In this document: piece by piece, positions 35,093-44,516 of the stretch
How positions within the stretch are numbered: the stretch's first letter is position 1
Layout: each line of letters starts with the position of its first letter
DNA from: Gemmatimonadales bacterium
GTDB lineage: Bacteria; Gemmatimonadota; Gemmatimonadetes; Gemmatimonadales; GWC2-71-9
Assembly: GCA_045403135.1 (NCBI GenBank)
Contig: JAXIPC010000094.1
Coordinates: forward strand, 5,013 to 69,012
Direction of reading: 5' to 3'
Length of the DNA stretch: 64,000 nucleotides
Made by a program: the position numbers and the translations under genes
Notes under the pieces: model-generated
Seen by the model: only the letters and a program-made list of their open reading frames with translations
What the model was told of the DNA's origin: nothing
Databases searched by the model: none

Positions 35093-36031
35093 ATGCCGAC
35101 CAAGTCGATAGCGCGTACCGCCCTGCTTCGGATGTCCAAGAGCCGCTGGCTCTCGGACCAGGTCATGACGCGCCCCTTCGCGAAGAAGGCCGTCAAGAGA
35201 TTCATGCCAGGAGAGGAGCTGAGCGATGCACTGGACGCAGCCGGGGTCCTGGCCAAGGATCGACTGGGGACGGTGCTCACGAAACTGGGCGAGAATCTCA
35301 CCGCCCAGGGCGATGCCGACGCGGTGCGGGATCACTATCTGGAGGTGATCGAGCAGGTCGCGGTCCGCAAGCTGAATGCCCACGTCAGCGTAAAGCCCAC
35401 ACAACTGGGTCTCGATTTCTCCCAGATCCGCTGCGCGGCACACCTCGAGGCACTCGCGCAGAAGGCCAAGGCATACGGCGTCTACTTCTGGCTCGACATG
35501 GAAGACTCGAGCTATGTGGATCGCACGCTCGAGCTGTATCGCGGGCTCCGGTCTCGGCACGAGCGCGTCGGCCTGGCGATGCAGGCCTACCTGCGGCGAA
35601 CTCCGGAGGATCTCACCGCCCTGCTGTCCGTCCGTCCGACCGTCCGCCTGGTGAAGGGCGCCTACGCCGAGCCGGCCCACGTGGCGTTTCCCGCCAAGCG
35701 GGACACCGATCTGGCGTACTTCGATCTGGGGGTCGAGCTGCTGCACGCGGCAGCCAAGAGCCAGGCGCTGCCGATTTTCGGCACCCACGACATGGGGCTG
35801 GTTGAGCGGCTTGTCGCGAAGGCTTCCGCCCTGGGCGTGAAGGATGCCGGGTACGAGATCCACATGCTCTATGGCATCCGCATGGCTGAGCAGCGGACCC
35901 TTGCCGCGCAAGGCCGCACGGTCAAGACGCTCATCAGCTACGGCAGCTCCTGGTTCCCCTGGTACATGCGTCGACTGGCGGAGCGGCCGGCGAACGTCTG
36001 GTTTGTCGTGAGGAGCATGGTCGCCGGATGA
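35093..36031 (+). CDS. proline dehydrogenase family protein
   Basis: 312 aa. ..FMPGEELSDALDAAGVLAKDRLGTVLTKLGENL.. and ..RLVKGAY.. are typical of monofunctional PutA-like proline dehydrogenases. Confidence 0.85.
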   Translation: MPTKSIARTALLRMSKSRWLSDQVMTRPFAKKAVKRFMPGEELSDALDAAGVLAKDRLGTVLTKLGENLTAQGDADAVRDHYLEVIEQVAVRKLNAHVSVKPTQLGLDFSQIRCAAHLEALAQKAKAYGVYFWLDMEDSSYVDRTLELYRGLRSRHERVGLAMQAYLRRTPEDLTALLSVRPTVRLVKGAYAEPAHVAFPAKRDTDLAYFDLGVELLHAAAKSQALPIFGTHDMGLVERLVAKASALGVKDAGYEIHMLYGIRMAEQRTLAAQGRTVKTLISYGSSWFPWYMRRLAERPANVWFVVRSMVAG

Positions 36032-36104
36032 GCGGCGCGCGTTTCCCCGCCGGAACGGAACCCGGTAGTATTCGTGAGAACCCTAGCCCTCTCTCGGAGC
36101 CTCA

Positions 36105-36683
36105 ATGTCCGACCAGGTGACTCGCCGGGCCTTCCTTGCCGCCGCCGGGGCAGGTGCCGCATGGCTCGCCGCCGACCCCGAGCTGGTGCGGGCCGCGCTG
36201 GTCCACGCCCGCAACATGATCGCGGCCCCGCCGCCCTACCGGTTCCAGGCGCTGACACCGGCTCAAGCCGCGGATCTCGAGGCGATCGCGATCCGGATCA
36301 TTCCATCCGATGGAACCCCGGGGGCGAAAGAGGCGGGCGTCATCCATTTCATGGACAAGTCGCTCGCCACCTACGCCGCTGACCGGAAGGGCCCGACGCT
36401 GGCCGGCCTCGCCGATCTCAACAAGCGCGCGAAGACCAAGTGGCCGGGGACGACGTCGTTCGCGGCCTTGACGCCTGCCCGCCAGGACGAGCTGCTCAAG
36501 TCTATCGAACGGTCGGATTTCTTCGGGGAAACACGCGACGCCATTGTCGTCGGAATGTTCGCCAACCCCTCCTACGGCGGCAATCAGAACCAGGCCGGAT
36601 GGAAGCTCCTGGGCTTTCAGGCCCACGGTCTTTATCAGTCTCCCTTCGGCTACTACGACGCCGAAGCCCGAAAGGGAGGCTGA
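36105..36683 (+). CDS. gluconate 2-dehydrogenase subunit 3 family protein (Tat-exported small subunit)
   Basis: Twin-arginine signal MSDQVTRRAFLAAAGAGAAWLAA. The next gene starts 4 nt after its stop. Confidence 0.85.
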   Translation: MSDQVTRRAFLAAAGAGAAWLAADPELVRAALVHARNMIAAPPPYRFQALTPAQAADLEAIAIRIIPSDGTPGAKEAGVIHFMDKSLATYAADRKGPTLAGLADLNKRAKTKWPGTTSFAALTPARQDELLKSIERSDFFGETRDAIVVGMFANPSYGGNQNQAGWKLLGFQAHGLYQSPFGYYDAEARKGG

Positions 36684-36686
36684 CCG

Positions 36687-38336
36687 ATGCAGGTGCGTCC
36701 CCGGATCACCTACCCGACATCGACGGAAGTGGATTTCGTGATCGTCGGCTCCGGTGCGGCAGGCGGTGTGATGGCCAAGGAGCTCTCCACCCGCGGCTTT
36801 TCGGTGGTCGTGCTCGAACAAGGGCCCCGGCTCGACCCGAGCCAGTTCGAGCACGACGAATTCAAGTACCTGCTCCAGCACGGCATCTCCAATCCCAGCC
36901 CGGTGTCCTGGCGAAAGACCGAGAAGGAGGTGGCCCGGGTCGGTGCCGGTGAGCTGCTCTACGCTCGGCTGGTCGGTGGCAGCAGCGTGCACTTCACTGC
37001 CAATTTCTGGCGGTTGCACGAGATCGACTTCATCGAGCGGAGCCGCCTGGGCGGCATCCCGGGCGCCGACCTCCAGGATTGGCCGGTCACCTACGCCGAC
37101 CTGGAGCCCTACTACACCAAGGTGGACTGGGAGGTTGGTGTCTCGGGCGAGCCAGGACCGTTCGATCCACCCCGCTCCCGGCCGTATCCGCTGCCGCCGA
37201 TGCCGGTCAAGTCGGCCGGCGTGCTCTTTGAGCGGGGTGCCAGGAAAATCGGCCTGCACCCGCAGTCCGCCCCGGTGGCGATTCTCTCCCGTCCCTTCAA
37301 TGGCCGGAACGCGTGCCAGCACTGCGGCTATTGCATGAACTTCGGCTGTGAGTACGGGGCCAAGAGCTCGAGCCTGGCCTCGGTCATTCCGGTGGCCGAA
37401 GCCACCGGCAAATGCGAAATCCGGCCCAACAGCTACGTGCGGAAAGTTGAGCTCAACACGCGGGGCCGGGCCACCGGCGTGATTTATTTCGATGCGCAGC
37501 GGAAGGAGCGGTTCCAGCGCGCCAAGGCGGTCGTGCTGTGCGCGAACGGTGCCGAGACGCCGCGGCTGCTGCTGATGTCGAAGTCGAACCGCTTTCCCCA
37601 GGGGCTCGCCAATTCGAGCGGCCTCATCGGGAAGACCCTGATGTTCAACGTCGGCGCCGGCGTCATGGGACTCTTCGAGCACCCCCTGAACGAGTACCGC
37701 AGCATTCAAGTCACCCGGCTCTCCCACGATTTCTACGACAGCGACCCGAAGCGCGGGTATTACGGCGGCGGCGGTATCGACGCACGGTTCCAGATGTACC
37801 CCATCATCTGGGCACTCCGCGGCCTGGCCAGCGACGCTCCCACCTGGGGCAGCGAGTACAAACGGATGGTGGGGGACTATTTCAACCGGACGATGGCGAT
37901 CGCGGGGCACACGACGTCGCTGCCGGTACCGAGCAACAGCATCAGTCTCGACCCCACGGTGAAGGACGCCTGGGGGCTCCCCGCCATCCGGGTGACCTAC
38001 AACGACCATCCCGACGACCTCAAAATCTCCCAGTTCCTGCTGGACCGGTCGATGGAAATCCTCGATGCCGCCGGCGCGCAGAAGAAATGGGTGGACTACG
38101 GCGCGGAGACGGCCACGTTCACGGCCCATTTGCTCGGTACCTGCCGGATGGGGAAGAACCCGAAGACGTCGGTGATCGACACCGATCACCGCACCCATGA
38201 TGTGCGCAACCTGTTCCTCTGCGATGGCAGCAGCATGGTGACGTCGGGCCGCGGCCAGCCGACCATGACGATCATGGCGCTGGCGTTTCGGGCGGGAGAG
38301 CGGATCGCGGGGCTGGCGACTCGGGGGGAAATCTGA
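36687..38336 (+). CDS. GMC family oxidoreductase (flavoprotein dehydrogenase subunit)
   Basis: VDFVIVGSGAAGG FAD motif, 549 aa, C-terminal GMC region ..HLLGTCRMG.. Confidence 0.9.
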   Translation: MQVRPRITYPTSTEVDFVIVGSGAAGGVMAKELSTRGFSVVVLEQGPRLDPSQFEHDEFKYLLQHGISNPSPVSWRKTEKEVARVGAGELLYARLVGGSSVHFTANFWRLHEIDFIERSRLGGIPGADLQDWPVTYADLEPYYTKVDWEVGVSGEPGPFDPPRSRPYPLPPMPVKSAGVLFERGARKIGLHPQSAPVAILSRPFNGRNACQHCGYCMNFGCEYGAKSSSLASVIPVAEATGKCEIRPNSYVRKVELNTRGRATGVIYFDAQRKERFQRAKAVVLCANGAETPRLLLMSKSNRFPQGLANSSGLIGKTLMFNVGAGVMGLFEHPLNEYRSIQVTRLSHDFYDSDPKRGYYGGGGIDARFQMYPIIWALRGLASDAPTWGSEYKRMVGDYFNRTMAIAGHTTSLPVPSNSISLDPTVKDAWGLPAIRVTYNDHPDDLKISQFLLDRSMEILDAAGAQKKWVDYGAETATFTAHLLGTCRMGKNPKTSVIDTDHRTHDVRNLFLCDGSSMVTSGRGQPTMTIMALAFRAGERIAGLATRGEI

Positions 38337-38366
38337 AGGTGAGAGGTAATCTCACCTATTGAGGTA
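38337..38366. terminator. hairpin built from GGTGAGA-type heptamers between convergent genes
   Basis: AGGTGAG (38337-38343), loop AGGTAAT, CTCACCT (38351-38357). It starts 1 nt after the + strand TGA and contains the - strand TGA (38352-38354). Confidence 0.45.
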
Positions 38367-40256
38367 GTCCTGATACGTCATCTGCAACATCGCGCGGCCC
38401 AGCCACACGTCGCGCTCGTCCACGACTCCCGTCTCTGAGGTGACGCGGTTCGGGATCTGCTCCCAGACGTAACTTCCCCGTCCGGTCACCAGTCCGAAGC
38501 CCCCATCGAAGCCATAGTAGGCCCACGATCGCTTCGGCGAAGCAAAGATGTCCCGGCCGAATCGGTAGCGGTTCCCGTCCGGGATGCCCAGCTGACCCAG
38601 GATCGTGGGCGCGAGGTCGGTCTGGCTCATGATCGCATCGACGACGGCGCCGCGGCGAGCGAGGGCGCCGCCCGCCCACAGCATCGGAATGTGGTACCAC
38701 CCCTCGGCCGATTTGTACGGCAGGCCCGCGTCGGTCCGCTCCAGTTTTTTGGAGTGGTCGGCCACAATGATCACCAGGGTTCGCTCCCACCAGGGCTCGC
38801 GCGCGGCGCGGCGGAGGAACTCGGCCACCACGTGATCGGTGTAGGCGAGCGAGTTGTGGAAGCGGGACTCACCATCGGTTCCGCTGATCCGTGCCGTACC
38901 CGGCACGTCGAAGGGTTCGTGGCTGCTCAGGGTGAGCCAGGTGGTCAGGAATGGCTGCCGCGTGCCGCGCAGGTCCGCCAGGACCCGCTCGGCCACCGCC
39001 TCGTCGTGGGCTCCCCACTTCGACGTGCGAGCAGCAGCGGGGAAGTCATACTTCCCGATGATTCGATCGAAGCGACCCTCCAGCGCGAAACCCTTGATAT
39101 TGGCGAAGCCGAGCTCCCCTCCGTAGTAGAATGCGGTGGCATACCCCGCGCCGTGCAGATCGCGGGAGAGCATCGGCAGGGTTCGCACCTTGGAAGGCAC
39201 CTTGAGGATCGAAGCGTTGGACACCGTAGGCGCGCCCGAGAGCAGTGCCGCCAGCCCCTTGTCGGTGCGGTCGCCCGCGGCGTAGAGATGCGTGAACAGC
39301 AGGCCCGTGTCCGCCAGATGGTCGAACTCCGGAGTGGTGCCGCGCACCCCGCCCAGCCGCTCCACCGCGCGCGCGGTGAAGCTCTCCCAGACGATCAGCA
39401 GGACGTTGGGACGTTCGACCGTGACCACCCGGTCCGGGGACGAGCTGTCTCCGAGGGCAGGCGTTTCGACCAGGATGCGCGCCGAGTCGGGGGCCATCAC
39501 CAGGTAAGGATTGTCGGTGCGATTGAGACCGTTGAGCCAGGAATCGAAGAAGTGCCAGCCGGCATTCACCGCCGCCTGGTTGGCAAAAGGCTCTGACGTG
39601 AAATAGGCGCTGCTTTGATTGATCGGGATCTGCTGGATGCCACCCCGGGCGGGGATGACCAGCAGCGCCGTGACGAACAGCAGTGGCAACGCCCATATCG
39701 CATGCGTCGGCGGAAGCTCCAGGAGCTTCCGACGCAGCACCCGCCACGCCAGGGCTAGGAAGAGCGCGGTCAGCGCCGCGAAAACTCCCAGCAGGAGCCA
39801 GGGGGAGCCACCTCCCGCGGCGGCCCAGATTTCCCGCGGGTGGGTGAGGTACTGGAGCACTGCCGCGTCGATCCGCCGGCCCCACTGCCGGAAGATCTCG
39901 AGATCGGCTGCGGCGAGGAACGAGAGCGCGGTGACGGCGACGATCGTGCAGGCGAGCGTGATCCACCCCGCGATCCGGATCATCGGTCGGAACGCGGTGA
40001 GCGCCATGAGAAGGAACGGCACCAGCGAGAGGTAAGCCGTCGCCGACAGGTCGAGCGGCAGCCCGTGCCAGAGCGTACCCAGGAGCGTGCCTGGTGGGAG
40101 CGCCAGCGCGCTGGTATGGAAGAAAACCAGGAACACCACCCGCACCGCGGCGAAGAACGCCAGCCAGTAGAGGAGATAGAGCAGGAGGAGCTTGAGACGG
40201 GCGCGCACCGGGGAACAATAAACGGAAACGGGGGGCCGCTCAGGGCCCCCCGTCAC
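38352..40256 (-). CDS. LTA synthase family / membrane sulfatase (alkaline-phosphatase superfamily)
   Basis: About 5 N-terminal TMs followed by a sulfatase domain (..NVLLIVWESF.., ..DHSK..). GTG 40256, or alternatively GTG 40208, as start. Confidence 0.85.
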   Translation of the reverse strand: MTGGPERPPVSVYCSPVRARLKLLLLYLLYWLAFFAAVRVVFLVFFHTSALALPPGTLLGTLWHGLPLDLSATAYLSLVPFLLMALTAFRPMIRIAGWITLACTIVAVTALSFLAAADLEIFRQWGRRIDAAVLQYLTHPREIWAAAGGGSPWLLLGVFAALTALFLALAWRVLRRKLLELPPTHAIWALPLLFVTALLVIPARGGIQQIPINQSSAYFTSEPFANQAAVNAGWHFFDSWLNGLNRTDNPYLVMAPDSARILVETPALGDSSSPDRVVTVERPNVLLIVWESFTARAVERLGGVRGTTPEFDHLADTGLLFTHLYAAGDRTDKGLAALLSGAPTVSNASILKVPSKVRTLPMLSRDLHGAGYATAFYYGGELGFANIKGFALEGRFDRIIGKYDFPAAARTSKWGAHDEAVAERVLADLRGTRQPFLTTWLTLSSHEPFDVPGTARISGTDGESRFHNSLAYTDHVVAEFLRRAAREPWWERTLVIIVADHSKKLERTDAGLPYKSAEGWYHIPMLWAGGALARRGAVVDAIMSQTDLAPTILGQLGIPDGNRYRFGRDIFASPKRSWAYYGFDGGFGLVTGRGSYVWEQIPNRVTSETGVVDERDVWLGRAMLQMTYQDYLNR

Positions 40257-40276
40257 CGTTGATCGGATGTGCTGTG

Positions 40277-41077
40277 TTACGGACGCTGGAACCGGCGACG
40301 AAGCTTCAGGTCGATGTCGAAGCTCCGGCCGCCGACGGTCAGCGTGGCCGTCTGGCTGCCGTTGAACGTGACCACCAAGGTCCGCTCCGCGGTCTGGCCG
40401 TCGCGCGGGCCTCCGTCGAAGGTCACGGTGCAGCGGCGAGTGATCGTGCCGCTGATGGGGAACCGGTCGCCCGTTCCGTCGGGCACCGGGACCACGACGT
40501 TCACCACTTCGAGCGTGCAGTCGATCTGGTAGGTGCGTTCGCCGGCTTCGTTGTGCCGGCTCCGGCTCAGGTGGTCCTCACCATCGCCGTTCCAGGTGCG
40601 CTGGGTCTCGGTACCGACGAGCCCGGTGACGGTCATGTCCCGGAACCGGTCGATCGAGGCGCTCCAGTTCTCCCCTACAGTCTCGCCCAGGATCGTCGTG
40701 TTGATGTTGGCCTTGGCGGTCAGCTGTGCGTCAAAGGCGTCCTGGACGACGTTATTCGCGTCCCAGAACATGTAGGAACGGGTGATGACCAGCGAGCCGC
40801 GCGCGACGGGTACGCAGGCCAGGCGCTGGGTGAGCGGATTGTGGACGCAGTTGGCCGGGTTCATGTCCCCGAAGCCGGGGCCGAACGAGGGCCCCATCGA
40901 CGGGAAGAACACCGGCTCGCGCATGATGTCCACGTCCTCGCCGACGGCATCCGCCATTACGACGGCCAGGTCCGCGTTGAGCAGCGGGGTCTGGGCGTCC
41001 GGTCCGGTGGCGTCCTTGGTACAGGCCCCAAGAATGACGGCGCAAGTCAATGCACCGTAACGAATTGACGGTTTCAT
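40277..41077 (-). CDS. hypothetical lipoprotein
   Basis: Start at MKPSIRYGALTCAVILGAC (lipobox). AGGAG lies upstream within CAGTGAGGAGTGAG. No family recognised. Confidence 0.6.
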   Translation of the reverse strand: MKPSIRYGALTCAVILGACTKDATGPDAQTPLLNADLAVVMADAVGEDVDIMREPVFFPSMGPSFGPGFGDMNPANCVHNPLTQRLACVPVARGSLVITRSYMFWDANNVVQDAFDAQLTAKANINTTILGETVGENWSASIDRFRDMTVTGLVGTETQRTWNGDGEDHLSRSRHNEAGERTYQIDCTLEVVNVVVPVPDGTGDRFPISGTITRRCTVTFDGGPRDGQTAERTLVVTFNGSQTATLTVGGRSFDIDLKLRRRFQRP

Positions 41078-41198
41078 CTCACTCCTCACTGAATGTGTTT
41101 CGGTCAGGGTCCATCATCCCAGTGGCCACCGGAAATGACGCCGCCCGATCCGTGTTGTTAAGGATAGGGAGGGGTGAGGGTAACCGCTGTGATCCCGG

Positions 41199-41762
41199 TC
41201 ACTTATGGGGCGTCCGGTCGGCCGATCCGGAAACACCCCCCGAAACGATAAAGGCCATCATTTCGGCGGCATCGCCGTCGACCGGCTCGACGTTGGCACT
41301 GGGCAGGATGATGAGATTGCCGGCGAAGTTGTAGGCCTGCGGGACGTAGACGGCCACGAATCCGGGCATCCCCAACCGGTCGGCCCCCTCGGCAGTGACG
41401 AATCCGAGGGTCCAGACCTGGCCCGCCGCATCGAACCGGGCGCGCACCGGACGATTGAAGCGGCGCTGTTCTCCCACGAACGCGTTGAGGAGGTCCTTGG
41501 TGGAGGAATAGAGCAGCCGGACGAACGGGAGCCGCGCGAGAAGCTTGTCGAGCCCGGATACCACGCCGCGTGTCACCAGGTTGGACGCCAGCGCCCCGAT
41601 GAGGGCAATGGCCAGGACGCTGACCACGATGCCGGCCCCGGGGATTCCGATGGGCAGGAAGTTGTCGACCGTGCTTACCACCCACCAGACGACCCAGAAC
41701 GTCAGCGCCGCCGGCGTGGTGATAACCAGGCCGCGAAGGAAGTATCGCGCGAACGCCTTCAT
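41199..41762 (-). CDS. DUF502 family membrane protein
   Basis: MKAFARYFLRGLVITTPAALTFWVV.. and ..FVAVYVPQAYNFAGNLIILP.. are typical of DUF502. ATGA overlap with the upstream gene. Confidence 0.8.
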   Translation of the reverse strand: MKAFARYFLRGLVITTPAALTFWVVWWVVSTVDNFLPIGIPGAGIVVSVLAIALIGALASNLVTRGVVSGLDKLLARLPFVRLLYSSTKDLLNAFVGEQRRFNRPVRARFDAAGQVWTLGFVTAEGADRLGMPGFVAVYVPQAYNFAGNLIILPSANVEPVDGDAAEMMAFIVSGGVSGSADRTPHK

Positions 41763-42835
41763 GCCAGTACCTCCGCGAGCGCGTCGAGGAGGGTGCTCAG
41801 ATGAGCCGGCTCGAGATCGCCCATGTGCCCGATGCGTATCACGTCCTGCTGCCGAGCCTCGAGCGGGCCGCCCACCAGATAACCCGCGGCACCCAGCGCG
41901 GACATCACCCTCGACGGGTCGAGCGGCGGCGGGAGTACCAGCGTGGAGATCGCGGGTGAGCGGGCGCCCTCCCGGGCCAGGAGCCGCACATCGCTCCGCC
42001 CGGCGACCCAGCTCTCCATCATCCCGAGCATCCGGCGGTGCCGTTCCCAGCGTGCCGGCCAGCCGCCCGATGCACCGATGTCGCTCAGCTGCCGCTGGAG
42101 GGCGAAAAGGAGGGAGACCGCCGGGGTCCAGAAGGGCAGATTCTCCCGCGCAATGGAGACCAGCTTCTTCACCGAGAGATAGAATCCGGCGTCGGGCTGC
42201 TTTTCGGTGCGGGCCAGAAACGGCTCGCTCGCGGCGCCGAACGCCAGTCCCGGCGGCAGCGCCATCGCCTTCTGGGAGCCGGTGCAGTAGTAGTCCACGC
42301 CCCACCGGTCCATCTCGATCGGCATCGCCCCCACCGAGGTCACACCGTCCACCAGCAGCAGCAGGTCCTTCCGCGCGCGCACCACCTCGGCCAGCCCGGC
42401 GATGTCCGCCAGGGCGCCGGTCGAGGACTCGGAGTGCACCACGGCCACCGCGTCCACGGCCGGGCCCTCGAGAAACTGGTCGAGCTGCGCGGGAGTGATC
42501 GCGGTGCCGGGGTGGACCTCGACCCGCAAAACCTCCTTGCCGCAGGATTCCGCGATCCGCGCGAAGTACTCGCCGAAGTAACCGCCCACCGGCACCAGCA
42601 CCCGGCTCCTGACGCCGCTGCGCACCGCGGCCTCGATCAGTCCGGTCCCGGAGCACGTCGCCACGAACACGGGCTGGGTCGTCCCGAAGCAGGTCTGGAG
42701 CTCGGGCTGCGCGTCGGCGAGCATCGCCTTCATGCGGGGGCCGCGGTGCGGGAACATGGGGTGCGCCTGCGCAGCAAGTATCTCGGGCCGCACGTCGGTC
42801 GGGCCAGGCAGGAAGTTCCGTCCGAAGCCGCTCAC
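41759..42835 (-). CDS. class V aminotransferase (alanine--glyoxylate / serine--pyruvate type)
   Basis: GTG start (GTGA overlap with the upstream stop). ..NFLPGPTDVRPEIL.. N-terminus. The putative PLP-Lys region ..YYCTGSQKAMALPPGL.. is read by eye. Confidence 0.85.
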   Translation of the reverse strand: MSGFGRNFLPGPTDVRPEILAAQAHPMFPHRGPRMKAMLADAQPELQTCFGTTQPVFVATCSGTGLIEAAVRSGVRSRVLVPVGGYFGEYFARIAESCGKEVLRVEVHPGTAITPAQLDQFLEGPAVDAVAVVHSESSTGALADIAGLAEVVRARKDLLLLVDGVTSVGAMPIEMDRWGVDYYCTGSQKAMALPPGLAFGAASEPFLARTEKQPDAGFYLSVKKLVSIARENLPFWTPAVSLLFALQRQLSDIGASGGWPARWERHRRMLGMMESWVAGRSDVRLLAREGARSPAISTLVLPPPLDPSRVMSALGAAGYLVGGPLEARQQDVIRIGHMGDLEPAHLSTLLDALAEVLA

Positions 42836-43461
42836 GCCGCCGTAACCTCGGCGCTGCCGGCGAGCCGGACTCCACGCCGCTGCCAATCGGCCAGCAGCGC
42901 CGGCGCGGCGCCGGCGTCAATGGCCCGCACCGCATCGGTCACCACGGTGAGGGGAATGCCGGGTCGATGCCGCAGCAGGCCCTCGATGGCGTATTTGTCG
43001 CAGACATCAAGCGCGACGCCGTACAGCACGATGCCCACGGGTGCCAGGACGTCGAGCACCGGGAGCACGTTGCGGTTCGTGAACACGTCGAACCAGTGCT
43101 TGTGGAACAGGATGTCCCCGTCATAGCCCTTGACCCGCGCCGCGAGCGCCGCGGGATCTTCCGGCTCCGGCTCGATCACCAGCGGATTCCGCAGGTGGGT
43201 CTCCGCTATCTTGCGCTGTCCCGGCGTACCCCGCATGCAGTGCTCGGGAAACGTCTCCTTCCAGTCGGGTGCTGCGGAGAGTTCGCGGTGACCGGGAACG
43301 TGGTCGTCGGCGCTGGCGATGATCCGGATGCCGTGCCGATGAGCATGCTGGGTCAGCCGCTTCAAGGCCGGGATGATCTCCTCGCTGGCGTTGACGTAGA
43401 GCTTGCCGTCGGCGTGCATGAAGTCATACTGCGTGTCGACGTCCCAGAACACGATGCTCAC
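42832..43461 (-). CDS. pncA: isochorismatase family hydrolase, probable nicotinamidase
   Basis: 209 aa. ..FWDVDTQYDF.. (catalytic Asp region) and ..VLYGVALDVCDKYA.. (catalytic Cys). Placed directly after an NAPRTase gene with a GTGA overlap. Confidence 0.75.
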   Translation of the reverse strand: MSIVFWDVDTQYDFMHADGKLYVNASEEIIPALKRLTQHAHRHGIRIIASADDHVPGHRELSAAPDWKETFPEHCMRGTPGQRKIAETHLRNPLVIEPEPEDPAALAARVKGYDGDILFHKHWFDVFTNRNVLPVLDVLAPVGIVLYGVALDVCDKYAIEGLLRHRPGIPLTVVTDAVRAIDAGAAPALLADWQRRGVRLAGSAEVTAA

Positions 43462-44516
43462 AGCACTTTCTCCAGCCGCGGATTGGGCCGGTACTCTCTT
43501 CCCACCTTGGCGCAGGTCTCTCCCTCGCGGAGCACCACGTCGCCGGTGAAGTCGAACCGGCCCTGAAACAACGAGCTGCCCACGCCGTAGGCGTCCACCG
43601 GCACCTTCAAGCGCTCGAATTCACGGATTTTGTCGGCGGTAAAGCCACCGGACACGATGATGCGGACTTTGCCAAAGCCGCGCCGGTCGAGCGCCTCGCG
43701 GACGTTCCAAACCAGCTGCGGGCAGACCCCGGTAGGCCGGAAGTGCCCCATCTGCGGGAGGATTGACTTGTCCACCAGCATCTCGCTGGTGTCGAGCCGG
43801 ACCCCGTAGAGCCGCTCGCCCATGGCCTCGGCCACCTCGAGCGAGGTCTTCACGCACTCGTTCTCGAAGTCGACCAGAGTGACCAGCCGCACTGAGGGAT
43901 CGATGTGATCGGCGAACTTCCGGGTGGCGAGCACGGTGTCACCCCCATACACGGCGATGAGCGCGTGGGGCACCGTGCCGATTCCTTCGCTGCCCCACCA
44001 GGAGGCCTGCGCGTCGGTCGAAACCCCGATCGCGCCGGCAATGTGCGCGGCCCATCCATCGCCGGTCTGCACCAGCCAGTGGTCGTGACGGGCGGGGAAA
44101 AACATCACTTCCTTGGGCCGAGCCGCCTCCACCACGCGGCGGGTGTTGGTGCCGACCTTGGTACGCCGAGCCAGCACGCCGAGGTAGAGAGTCTCGAGAT
44201 GGGCAAAGGCATCGTACGGCCCCTCGATCATGAGCACCGTCTCCCACGGCTCGATCGCATCGCCGTCGTGGAGCGCCCATACGTCCAGCTCGGGCCAGTC
44301 GACGGCGCAGAGCTTGAGGATGGCGATGGCCTCATCGACGCCGCCCAGGTTCGCGGCCGACTTCCCGAATACCTGCATGGTAACCCGGGGTCGGTACCCG
44401 TCCGCCCGCAGAATCTCCCGGGCGCGGGTGAAGTATTTGTCCGAGTAGTACCCGGCCCGCATCTTGTCCACGGGGAGGTTGAAGATCGCGGGATCGAGGC
44501 GGGGACGGTCGGTCAT
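43458..44516 (-). CDS. pncB: nicotinate phosphoribosyltransferase family protein
   Basis: Start at MTDRPRLDPAIFNLPVDKMRAGYYSDKYF.. (44516). Type II PRTase core ..GIGTVPHALI.. and ..VSGGF.. Confidence 0.8.
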   Translation of the reverse strand: MTDRPRLDPAIFNLPVDKMRAGYYSDKYFTRAREILRADGYRPRVTMQVFGKSAANLGGVDEAIAILKLCAVDWPELDVWALHDGDAIEPWETVLMIEGPYDAFAHLETLYLGVLARRTKVGTNTRRVVEAARPKEVMFFPARHDHWLVQTGDGWAAHIAGAIGVSTDAQASWWGSEGIGTVPHALIAVYGGDTVLATRKFADHIDPSVRLVTLVDFENECVKTSLEVAEAMGERLYGVRLDTSEMLVDKSILPQMGHFRPTGVCPQLVWNVREALDRRGFGKVRIIVSGGFTADKIREFERLKVPVDAYGVGSSLFQGRFDFTGDVVLREGETCAKVGREYRPNPRLEKVL

